From Camelus ferus (lineage: Eukaryota), in the NCBI RefSeq assembly GCF_009834535.1, contig NC_045696.1, positions 46,812,001 to 46,876,000 of the forward strand: a stretch of DNA of 64,000 nt, in the 5' to 3' direction. The notes beneath the pieces were generated by a model that saw only the letters and a list, made by a program, of their open reading frames with translations, was not told the DNA's origin and made no database searches. Every line of letters begins with the position of its first letter. Position 1 is the first letter of the stretch. The position numbers and the translations under genes are program-made. Below, one piece after another: positions 38,201-51,100 of this stretch.

Positions 38201-41200
38201 TAGAGATGAGGTAATTCGGTGAAGCAGCTTTTCAATATCATACAGGTGAAGAGTTAAGTTGCAGAACAGGGTATATACCTCTGATCTCCTGATTCCTAAT
38301 CCTAAACAATGTCAAAATATTCCACCAAACTACGCACCTCATTCCCAGTCTGGTAACAGAAATTTTGTAACAGCAAGCAAAAGAAGAACAGGGGCAAAGA
38401 GTGGACCCAACTGAATTGATCTGATCCCATTTAAAGCAGAGGTTCTCAAAGCATGGTCTAATCCTGAGATCAGTGTTATGTCTAGTGATTCTAAACAGCT
38501 TTCAAAATATAAAACTGGAGTGTACTTCTATGTGGTTGAAGAAATCAGCTAGAACAGCAAAGGACAGAAAAGAAAGGAGACTTTTTTTTTTATCAGCTAA
38601 CTTGACTGCTTTACGCAACTCACCAAAACTCAAGTTTGGGAAGACAGAGCAGAATCATGGTGCTATAACCAAGGCTGAATTTAAATAAATTAACTGGGAT
38701 CTCTAGCGCTCCCACACCCTGGCCAAGGAAAAGAAAACCAAAGCAAGGCTAAGCACAGGGGAGCCTCAAGGAATCATCCAGGATAACCTGATTTTTAATC
38801 TTCTAATTCTCCTCCTAATCTAGTCTTTCCAGAAGAAACATGGCTGGGACTTGCCAACCCTTGATCAAAGTATACGGTTAAAAAAAGAAAAAGGCTAACT
38901 AATTGGAACAAGGCTTGAAAATGAATCACGTGAAAGAAAATTTTGACGGCAGCAAACAGGAATGCAGAATAGACAACCCCAGGACTGCTCACCCCAAAAG
39001 AGCAGTCCTTAGACCAAAAGTTTGAGAACCACACAATGTACAAATTAACAAACGAAGAGCAGAAGCGCAAGTAAGATAAAACTCATGACCTTAAAGCTGA
39101 TAAACATCTCATCAACATTTATTACTAATAGCCTGCTTTTTGATTCAACGGAATTCCTAGCCCCATTTTGTGCCCCCACTGCCGCGTTTCTAACAGGATC
39201 AGGCTGCTGCAGGAGAAATAAAAGGGAAACTTTATAGAAGTCTTACCAATACGATATTTTAGTTCTACGATGGTTTCGCCTTCTCTGCTTAATTCTGTTA
39301 CTTCACAAGTGTAGTTTCCTACGACGGCATCATGCTTATCCATCTTCAAAGACGCAATGCCCATTAGTAAATCTGATGATGAGATGCTTGCAGTTGTAAA
39401 GTTTTTGCTGGGACTGGACTGGTTTTGATTTCCATCGAAGATGAAAATGTTTTCTCCTTTCAATTTCCACTTGACGTACAATTCACTAATACTCTTCGCC
39501 TCTATGTTACTAACAAAACATGGGATGACAACAGTTTTATTGCAAACGGTGTATTCTACAGACTTGATTTTATTAAATATTAGCTGAGCTGAACCTGGAA
39601 AAGAGAAAATTGTTTCATTTAATTACAGAATTCTATACTATAAGATCTTAGGTATGCTACAAATTCTTAAGAGCAATATTTCTATTATTCACTTAAGAAA
39701 GCAGTGCAGCTTGGGGGAGATGGGCAAGGTGAAAAGAAGAAACAAATTATTTTAATATTAACATGTACAGCTGACAGACAACACCATATCTTTTCCTTAT
39801 TCATTCCCAGTAATGCAGAATAGAGTCTCATGTGTCTTGGGAATAAATTTAGCAACTGTGTTAGAACATGCAGGTGTAGTATCTGGCTTTGGAAGCTTTT
39901 AAGTAATTGTTACTGCCTATTGATATATGTAGAAAAATACTGTCCTTGCCATGAGAAAGTTTTAAACAGAAAATAAAATCAAATATTATATTCAGACTCA
40001 ACTTCGGTAAGAACTTAACTAATATGAAGTTTATCTCCATCCCTATGTTGCATTTCCAGAAAAGGTGGCAGGCTCTACTGTACTTTAATATAAAAAGTAA
40101 ATCAGATGAATCACATCACATCATTCCACTAGGATGAAAAGTCTTATAATGCTAAGGAAAAAAAAAAAACTTTTTCTATGGCTATTTTCCTATTGCAAAA
40201 TGCAGAGAGCCACAGACATTTTGTACGCAAGTATTATAAATTATTATACACAACTGAATGGCATTTTCCCACTCCTACACTTCATTGAGACTAAGGAACA
40301 ACAACTTCCAAGTGCATATTACAGGTATTCCTTCCATAAACCATAAATCACACAAAATAAAGCTAAGATGCAAGTTGAAACCAAGAGCAGATACTGCTCA
40401 TAAGTAGTGTGTATTCTATCAAATTTTCTCAATAGGATAAATTACCAGTTGTTATCTTATAAACAAGATTGAAATAGTAAATGCAATCACTCATCTTTCA
40501 TCTAAAATGTGCAAAAATGTGGAACAACTGTAGTTGTCTTCCATCTTTTTCAGCCATTTATCAACTCTTTAACTAAGTGGTTAGTTGGCTTTTCCCTCAA
40601 AAAACCCACTAACAAATACAAATAAAATATCAAGTTTAATCATTCATCTTTAAGATTTGTTCCTTCATTGGGGACATAGGATGTTATTACTCTAGGAACA
40701 TAATTACTATTCAATAAATGCCGACTAAGTTGAACACTAGGATCAGAGTGGAAATATGAACTGAACAATTGTTCAGAAAGCCTGAGTATAAATCCTATCT
40801 CTGTCACTTCTCCGTATGCAACCTTAAGCAATTCACTTAACTTGTCTAGGCCTTGGTTCACTCTCTGTATAAGAGGATCAAAAACGAACACTGGGCAACT
40901 TCACAGAATTGTGATCAGCATCAAAGGAGAAAATATACTAGCAGGTGTTCTCTAAACAATACTCTGCTGTAAATATGCAGGGTGATGCTGTAACAACTAG
41001 GCACTATAGCATTTAATGTCATGCTCCGGACTGTCTGTGACTGACAGGTCTAAACTGCTACATTTCTGGGGATCCACAGTCTGAATCAACCTTGCAGGTT
41101 TTCACAGCTCACCTCTCCCCAGTTCTCTACATTTCTAGCCACTCAGATATCAGGAAGCCCCAGGCAAAACCTAGGCTTCCAATTGCATTCTGAAAAGCCT

Positions 41201-42086
41201 TGGAGTTGTGAACTATTTCCCCTGAGAAAGAAGAACTGAGGGGAAGACGGTAGTACACAAGGAGGGAAGAAAGCGCCTATGATGTTGGAATTAGAAAGGA
41301 AGGCAAGTGTCAGAAATGATGATCAACTGATTTTTAAGTGGACAAAAAAGACTACTATGAGTCCTTTCAATACAGTGCTGGGCATTGTCTGACAGATCCT
41401 TTCAGAATCTCTAATTCTATAGTGGCTCGTGCCTTTTGCCTGTGTTTGGGCTATTTTTATAATTTTCTAAGTTGTAGAAAACTGATGGTAATGCAAATGA
41501 TCCATGCTCACAGAGATACGAATAAACTTGCTTCTGCAATTGACTTCCACCTGGTGGAAGAGAGGAATTAAAAAAATCACATTTTGTTGCCCCAAGGATA
41601 CTGACCAATTTTGCATCTATTCACAAATTCACTTCAGCATTCCTGACTGCCTATATGTACATGTGTCTGTTCTTCCAATCTTCTTTTAAAACCAAGATGG
41701 TTGTACCATTTTGCTGGTTTGCTTAACTAATGCATGAAATAAAATCTTTGATACATGTTCATTTTATATTTGTTTGAGTTAAGATTTTACCTTCTAAAAT
41801 TACCCTTTATGTGGAGAAAAGGGAACCCTCCTACACTGTTGGTGGAAATGTAAATTGGTGCAGCCACTAAGAAGAACAGTATGGAGGTTCCTTAAAAAAC
41901 TAAAAATAGAATTACCGTATGATCAAGCAATTCCACTCCTGGGCATATATGTGGAAAAGATGAAAACTCTAATTTGAAAAGATACATGCACCCCAATGTT
42001 CACAGCAGGACTAATTACAATAGCCAAGACATGGAAGCAACTTAAGTGTCCATCAACAGATGACTGGATAAAGAAGATGTGGTGTG

Positions 42087-42124
<38 letters not shown>

Positions 42125-45100
42125 ATGGAATATTACTCAGCCATAAAAGGACTGAAATAATGCCATGTGCAGCAACATGGATGGACCTAGGGATTATCAT
42201 ACTAAGTGAAGTAGGTCAGAAAGCGATAACTATCATATGATATTACTTACATGTGCAATCTAAAAAAAAATGATACAAATGAATTTATTTATAAAACAGA
42301 AACAGACTGACTAGACTTAGAAAACAAATGCTTGGTTACCAAGGGGAAAGGTGGGGAGGGATAAATTAGTAGGAGTTTGAGATTAACATAAACACACTAT
42401 TAGATATAAAACAGACCTAGTGTATAGCACAGGGGACTATGTTCAATATCTTGTAATAACCTATACCAGAAAGGAATCTGGAAAAAAATATGTGTATATG
42501 TACAACTGAATCACTTTGCTGTCACCTGAAACTAACACAACATTGTAAATCAATCATAGTTCAATTTAAAAATTTTTTAAAAATAAAATTACCGTTTAAT
42601 AGAAGAGATACAAGTGAAGAACTCAGTTATCCCAGAGAACTTTCTTAGAAGCCTTTAGGTAAGAAGTGGTGGGTAAATATTTCATGAGTTCAAAACTTAT
42701 GTTTAGAAACTGAATTTTTTTTCTAAAGAATACAGAAAGCACTGATTGCACTGCTTTATTTGTTGACATTTAAAAAAACTGTTATAGCTGAAGTAATTTA
42801 AGTAGAATAGATACTGTCAATAAAATTCAAAGTAAAGCTGACCTGGATAAACATTAATTTGAATAACCCTGTCACTAATAATTAATAAATAAAGATAGCC
42901 CAGAAATGTTCCTCCGCCAGCTGTTAACTACAACTTCATCCTCTATAAATATTTATTAAAAAACTATTAAGTAATAAAATTATCTGATTTGGGTCTTCTC
43001 TCTTTTGCCTACTGCCTTTTGATGAAACAGCAGAGAGAAGATCTAAAATACAGAAAGCAAATAAAGGAACATAGATGATTAACATGAATAAGTACATTCT
43101 GAATAATCAAGAAATGCCTACAGCAGTCTAAATCAGATAGGAACAGATAAGTATAATCATCAGTGATGCTGGAGTTACAGGTAAATTAGCAAATGAAATG
43201 GGGAAATTATTTTACATCAAATGTCAAAAATACTGGACCTTACAACCTCTGTGAAGACATACCACTGATTTGAACCATCTCATACTACAATTCTGAAAAC
43301 AGCTCCTATTTACGTGCAGAGAAGGCTCAATATGTGGTCCTCACAGTACACAGGTCTAGCTTAGAAATTCTGACATGCAACAAGCATTTATTGAGAATTA
43401 CCTGATCTGAAATAATGTGACAAGATGTGGGGATACAATAACGGAAAAATACGTAGAAATTCTCTTTGAGGAGCTTAGAATCCTCACTTGGGGGAATGAC
43501 ACATACTTTTTATAGCATAAGATCGTAAGTGCTATCCTTCGGGCATGAACAAAGTGCTATGGACGGGCAGGAGAGCAGTCAGTCTTACAGATTTCTAAGA
43601 AAACTGGCATTGCTCCTAGGGGAACAACAAGACCCCACCCATCTGCGCCTTCAATCTTTTTTTTTTTTTTTTTTCAAATGGACATACTGGGAATTGAACC
43701 AAGTACTTCGTGCATGCTCAGCATGCGCTCTGCTCTACCAACTGAGCTATACCCCCATTCCCATGGGCCTTCAATCTTTTATCGTTTCACGTTTCATGTA
43801 TTTCCGTCCTTTGTAACAACTCTTACATCGCTGTCTTTTTGTAAGAGCTTATCCTATACCCTCCAAAGGAGCCCTCTCTTCCTATTTTTCATTTCAAATT
43901 GAGTCCTCCGGATAAGAAGCCAGAAGCTTCCAGCAATTCCACCAATAAATGTACCTGCAACTGCAACGATCTACACTTTTCTTCCCCTCAATTCCTCTTC
44001 AGAAATGAACCCATTCACCTGAGAGCTAGTTTCCATTTCTGCCTCCACACTCATCACCCTCCTCAAGGACTTTCCCTACTGGGTTATCAGCCTCCTACAG
44101 CCCCCAAGTTCATTCATACAGGTTTAAAAACATTTTTTTTAGATGCTTGAGTATTAGTCAACTGAAAAAAAAATTTCTCATACTTCTCTCTCTCTTCCCT
44201 AGCATCCTGAAAAAAATTATCTAAATGCACTTTTTCACCTCTTACTTCTTAAACCTCTGCCACCTGGCCTCCACCTTGCCTTCTTCACTGTGACAGCTCT
44301 TTGGAAAGTCCCCAGTAATCCCTGGTGAAAACTGAAGGTACGTGGTTCACTTTCTATCTCGACTTCTCTAGAGTTCTTGAACTAGTGGGCAGCTCCTTTC
44401 TTGCTCTTGTCTCTTGGCCTCTGTATCTCCGGATTCTGAATTTCCTCCTAATACTTTGTCCACCTCACAGCATCTTGCTTTCTTTACTGAAATCTCTTCC
44501 TTGACTCACAATAAACATTAGACTTCCTAAGGACTTCCTATCCAGCACTGCACCCCACCCAGGCCCCGCTCCAGTATTCTCTTACTCTGTGGTTTTAACT
44601 ACCCACACACTTTTAATTCAACTAGGCCCCAAATTTCTCCTTCACTGCAGAACTCAGAAAGCCAATCGTCTGCTGTGCATTTCCACCTGTATGTCCTACA
44701 GTTCCTTCAGAGTCAAAATGTCCAAAAATCTGTTTACTCTCTGCCTGCCCTCATCCCAAATCCTTGCTGCCCTAAAGTATTTTCTATTATCTACTGGTCA
44801 ACCAGAACTGGACCTAAGAATTATGCTGGATTCTGCCCTCTCCTGAGCCATGGAAAGTTCTTACTAGGCTCAACCCATTGAATAGTTCCTAAACCCAATG
44901 TCGTATGAATTAATTAGACAGTCATCATTTCTCCCTTAACTATTGCCACACACTCCTAACTAGCTCCCTGCTTCCAGCCTCAGCATTTCCCCATCCCTGC
45001 CCCACTGTATTTTCCACAGTTCCCAAAATAACTGTTCTAAATGCAAATGTGCACTCTTTTGCCTAATATACTTTAACAACAATCCCCCACCCCCCACCCG

Positions 45101-48100
45101 GCCTTTTCAGGCTAAATTCTAAGTGTATTAGCATGGAATACAAAGTAGGTCCTTCAAGATCCTGTCCAGCCCCACCTCCTATACTCCCTCATTTCCAAAC
45201 CAAGCTCCAATCATAATTAACTTCTTGCCCTTCCATGAATATGCAAATGCACTCTCATCTCCATGCCCTTGCCTGTGCACAAGCCGATCCCCAGCCTGAA
45301 GAGGCCCATACCCTTCCTGGGAGTATGGGTAAGAGCACATACCTTGGAGCCAGACCTTGGCTCACGACAGCTCTTCCTAGTTGTATGACCTTAGGTAAGT
45401 TACTTAATTTCTGTATCTCAGTCTCCTCATCTGTAAAATGTGAATAGTGACAGTGCACACCTCAAAGAGATTTTGTTAAGATTTAATGAGACGATGAACA
45501 TAGTGTTCTTACTGCAGTGCCTCTCACATCCATAGTAAACTTTCAGCAAATGGCAGCTACAGTTTGCTAACTCGGGCTCTTCCTGTTAAAGCACAGTTGA
45601 GCTGTTCAATCCTGTCCCCTTCCCTGCAGCTACTCAACTGTACTCATCCCTCCTTATTGCTCCCATTTGCTTCCTGTCCATGTGTTGTCACTGCACTTAC
45701 TACCTAATCTTGTAATCACCGTGTTACTTTACTGACCTCTCCTTTAGGCTCAAAAGGTAGAAATGCAAGAACAATGGCTTCATTTGGTATCCTATGGCTC
45801 CAACCCAGGGTCCAGCAAGTAGGACTCAATACATTCTATCTGAATGTAAAAATTTAAAGTATGAATCTCAAGAAAGGAAAATCTAAATATCATATCAGGG
45901 GAGATTCACTTTTCTTCCATATTTCAAAAGAATCCTCCACTGTTTCTCACTTCTATAGATCTGATTATGGTTACCGTGAAGCTACACATCTTAATGAAAA
46001 ATCTCTATCAAGTGAGTTGCAGACTGGATGGAAGAGTTCCTTAAAAATTACATGATGTGTCTAAGAATGCTCTTTCCGATAGGGTGGTATTTCAACTGGG
46101 GCTTGAAGGATGAGTAGGAATATTATGGAAAAGGAAGAGCTTTCTAGGCAGAGTACACAACGTGGACAAGTGAAGTAATCAGAAGCAGGATACTGTTTAG
46201 GTGAGCGCCAGGAAAAGGGGCTGGAAAAGATGGTTAAGAAATATTGTACAGGCTTCCCTGAATGTCATTCTGAGGACTCTGGAGTTGATAACACAAGCAT
46301 TACCAAACCACTCAGATTTACTTGCACTTTAAAGAATAATACAGTAGTAAAAAGGGTGAATTGAGGGCAGGAAGGGAGATGGGAAAGGAAACCCATTAAG
46401 AATACAAATATATAAAGAGATCACTGTAATAGTCCAGCTAAAGGACAAGTGGAGAGAAGGCCAAAAATTACAGTAAAAAAACAAAGAAGCAGAGTCAACA
46501 AAAGTCAGATACAGGAGGTAAGGAGGAAGAGGAGAGAAGAATTAAGATCTGTTAACTAAAATAATATGTGTAACCAGTTAGATTGTGAATTAACTACAGA
46601 TAAGAGATTTAGGGGTGAATATTCTTTCAATACTCAGTAGGCTCAGGATTCAAGTACCTGTAGTACAATGAAATGGGGGTGTCCAATAGATCCGAGGTAT
46701 ATGGCTCTGGATTTAAGAAGCAACGTCAGAGCTACAAAGGCTTGGGAATCACCAAGAATACAGCTGGTAACTGAAGCTGTGAGCATAAACAAGATCACCC
46801 AGAGAATCCTCGCAAAGCAAGTAGAGCAGGCATCAGAGAATAAGATGTTGGAGAACATCAGTATTTATGGAGCAAACAGTTAAAGATGAACAAACCAAGG
46901 ATGTGAGGGGGGGAAAAACAAAAGTAGGTGAGGCAGCAAAGAACACCACCACAGGCACCAAGAAGGGTCTTATATGGACAAAACAGATGTTAAGCAGGAT
47001 AAGTAAAAACAGCCTCTAGATTAAAAATTTCATCATCAGCTTCTTTGTCTGCAGCAATGTCAACAGCATAGGGATTAGAAGTCAGACTGCACTTGGGAAG
47101 TGAAGGGGAGAGCAGAAAGAAGAGGCAGTGATTCTCTTTGAATCAACCTGGCAATATAAGAAAGCAGAGAGAGGCCATAATGGAAAAAGCATAGAGGCAG
47201 AGACAAGGGCCAGTTTTTTGGGTTGTTGTTCTTGTTTGTTTGTTTTTAACATGGGGTAAAACTTGACCATGTCTGCAAGCTAAGATGAAGGAACCAGGGG
47301 AGAGGAGAGGGAAAGATCTAAGGGATAAGACTGAAGAATTAAGCTGAGTGAGCAGGTCTCCAAGATGGTGGAAGTCAAAGAGCTGTAGACAGGTGGTCCT
47401 TTCCTTGGAAAGGGGAAAAGGAATACTTCTGACCTGAGTGAAGGAGGAGAATGAGACGAAGGCTACCTAAGATATTACAGACAAGCTTAACAATGGTGGG
47501 CGGGAAGTTGAGAGACTCCACACCACATATCACTATTTTTTGCCGTGGAGTAGAAAGCTAATTACCTGCTTGGAATGGATGTTCAGGAACGGGGTAAGAA
47601 GCCCCAGCAGTCACTAAGGTAAAGGAAGTAAAGCTCATGAGTAAAAGGCACCCGCTAGAAACGAAACCTACTAATCTTTGCCATCAGACCTGGGCCCTGG
47701 TATGAAGAACTGGAATCTCAAGCTGAATCAGGTTAGAATTAGGGACAAAAGGAGGATTTAGTCAGATCTCTCCTCAACAGAAACCAACTAAAGTCTGGAG
47801 TAAAATGGAGGTGTCCACCTGTGTTTAGTTCTGACTCAGACTAATCCCCTACTAGATTTTGAAGTGGCCTCAGAAGAATAGAAGTGGTCAACCTAGAATT
47901 ACAGGGCCCAGAGCAGTTTAAAGTCAGTAGTATCCAGAATTACAACCTTATCAAGCATTTAAAATATATTAAGTACCACTGAGGTATAAAAACAAAAAAA
48001 TCCCTTCTTTTTAAAAACTACATTTTAAGTTACGAAGAGGCATATAGTCTGAAATTTGTCTATATGTCCAAGAGGAACTTGCAAAGTGCTTCTTAGAATA

Positions 48101-51100
48101 TAACATGGGCTCATACTTGCTTGAAAGAGAAAAAGCAGTTTTGACAGATTTGGCAATTTTGCCCTTGCCAAATCCCTTGCCTTGCTTTTTAACCTGTAAG
48201 TGTAACATGTATTCAAATATGCACATTTATTCTCTTAATCTAAATCTCAAACCCTGGGGTTGGCCAGATTCTGAGTTCTTTACAATGCCCATGGCTATGG
48301 AATGAAATATTCAGAGGAAGGTGCAGCTTCTAATTCCTGTTTGAACTCCATGTTAGTAACCAGAAAGAGGGAACACCTAGGTTCTCCTGTCTCAGTCTTA
48401 GTCTAGGTATATTAGAATCAAACTTCCTGTGTGCTCTCTCTTTTGTTTTTTTAACTTTAGTACCACAGTGAGTTTAGTAAAAGTGATCCTACACTAACAC
48501 TCTTATTCTTTTATTATAGAGGAAATATGTGCACTGGTACACAAAGTGAAAGTTGCTTTATCACAACCCGAGAGTATATCAGGCTGAGGCACAAGATATA
48601 AAAATACAGGAATTTTTATCTTTTATAAAAAGCTATGACAACAAAAACCTGAAATGGGTAAAATAGTTATATGAAAAATATGTCACAAAAAGAACATGAA
48701 TGTATTAAAAAAAAAAAAAACCAATGCCCACACCAGCTGGAGCTGAATTAACGTTTAGGAATGTGAACTTAGTTTTAATAGAGTATTCTGGATTCAGAAT
48801 GTTTATCAATTTGGGGAAAACCACCTATTTTTCATCTTTAGAACCTGGCCTTTCAAATCCACATTAACAACTCAGTGGCAAAGATAAAACATCTGCCAAA
48901 ACACTGATGACAGCATGAGCAAGTGTCCTAATCGCAGGCATTTAGTGTAATGCTTTAACACACTGCCTCTAGACTGCTGGGTGGCCCCGGAAATAAGTAC
49001 TTTTAAATAGGCACTTATTTCCTTAAAATGGCAAATTGTGGTTAAAAGTAATATATTCTTTAGAAGAAAAGAAAACATTTTTTTGTACAAGCAAGCCAAA
49101 TTACTACTAGACTTAGACAATAAAAATATTTTTTACTCATGTGTACCCCTGATCTTAAAAACTCATTTGGACAAAGAAAAATCATTCAACCCTGAAAGAC
49201 AGTTCATATTACTGTCATTATTTGAGTAACGTTTTATTTACCAGTTTGTGAATACTACTGAAACTGCTGATGTGCTTTTAAACAAAGTATAATTGGACTC
49301 ATGGGGGAGGGGGGAGGAAAGGAGAATAGTCATTCATTCTGTGTCTTGTAAGCCAATACAGGCTGTTGCATTTTGCCTTTAATTAGATGGAATGGGCATT
49401 TTTGGTAACTCCCTTTCCTACGAAGGCCAAATGAAACTGTAGTGGCTACCAGGCAATAGCTTTTGATTACCTATCATTTGTAAGTGAAACTGAAAGCAAA
49501 ATCAAACTTCAGAGCAAATAAGCATACAAACCCATGACTTCCTTATTCATTCCAGAATCTAAATTCAGTCTCCCAAATATCTTGGTTTGTAACCACTTGT
49601 GTTCTGAGACTGTTAACATCTCTTCATACACGTCCTTTTAAAACTACATATTAAACAAACATGCACAAAATTCCATTATGTCTCATGACAGACACTACCC
49701 CTTCCTGTTTTATAGTCAACAATTAACAGAACTCAAACGCAAACTGCCTCTACTTTTTTTTCAGGTTATTATTAACTAAGTACAATATGATACCATAAAT
49801 TCTGAATTCTATGAGTCTGCAGGGACTGGAGAACATTAACATTGTATGTAAATGAGTGCTAATTATACATGATCACACCGTATCACTGAAGGAGGCCTAA
49901 CAATTTCTATCCCCCAAAGTACCATTCTAGCAGTTCTTTTAAATCTACTTGAAAATAGGACCTCTGTTTTTAAAATAGTACACGATTTACACTTTTTATA
50001 CTTCAAGCTAGCTTTGAGACCAAAGGTCTGAATTAGTAATATTTTATTACAAATTTACTATCTGGTTCACCAGAAGGCTTTCTGATCATACAACAGGTTT
50101 TTGAAAGCAGTATTACTTGAGTGATAATGATAGTAAGAGCAACAAGCCGTTAAGGATAACAGGAAACACTGCTTTACTAATATCAACCCTTTACATAACA
50201 AACATTGACTATTAACAGCTCCAACATCCCGGGAGGTTTCAGGCAGTGGGGAAAGTGCTAAGCCTGGACTTATGGGCATTTTGGAAATAGCTCGAAGTCA
50301 CAAGCCTTTAGGAATGGCACCGTGAGGCCAATACCCCGTTTAAAATCTAATTAATTTAGCATTTTAGAATTAAATGTAACAACTGCTTGTTAATGTTACT
50401 CAAACTCAATTCTGAATCTTACAAAAAGTTCACAAGAGGCTCTATAGATGTGAAGTGTGACATGCACTGTAGAACCACGAAAATTCCCATTCCTTTCTCA
50501 GTTTTTACAGACGAAGCACACGTTTTAAAAAAGCGAAATGGATTCCAAAAGCTTGGGGGGCCAACACGCCTCTGGCGTCGAAAGACAGACACCAAATCCC
50601 ACTCTGCCGCAAATATGGTTTTGACTGTCTTCATATAGAGGTTACTGTCTTCATATTTCAAGCGAAATCTGGATTACTTTTAGAACGGTTCCCTTTAATA
50701 AAGCAGGAAAACTTGAACATGCAATTTGTACTGTATTAAAGTGGCTGACGGGGCGTGGGGGTAGTGAAAGAGTTTCCACTCAGGAAGCTTATTCCTATGG
50801 TTAAAGGGGCGCGGGGGGGTGGGGTGGCCAGAAGATTCTTCTGATTAAATGCTGGGCTGGAAACGTAACTTAATTGCGTCCTTTATGTCCCCTTAACTCC
50901 TATGTTCATGTGGGAGGCCAAACAGGAGAAACCCCTTCTTGCAGACTTCGCCAAAATGCGCACTTGCATCGCAAGAGGCTCGGGCCCTCCCACTCTCCCT
51001 CCTTCAACCCCAAATGCGTTTAAAGCACTGAGGAGGGAGAGGAGTGCGAAAGGGGGGATCCTAACAGCTGCCAACCTCTCGCCTCCGATCGCGCCCCTTC

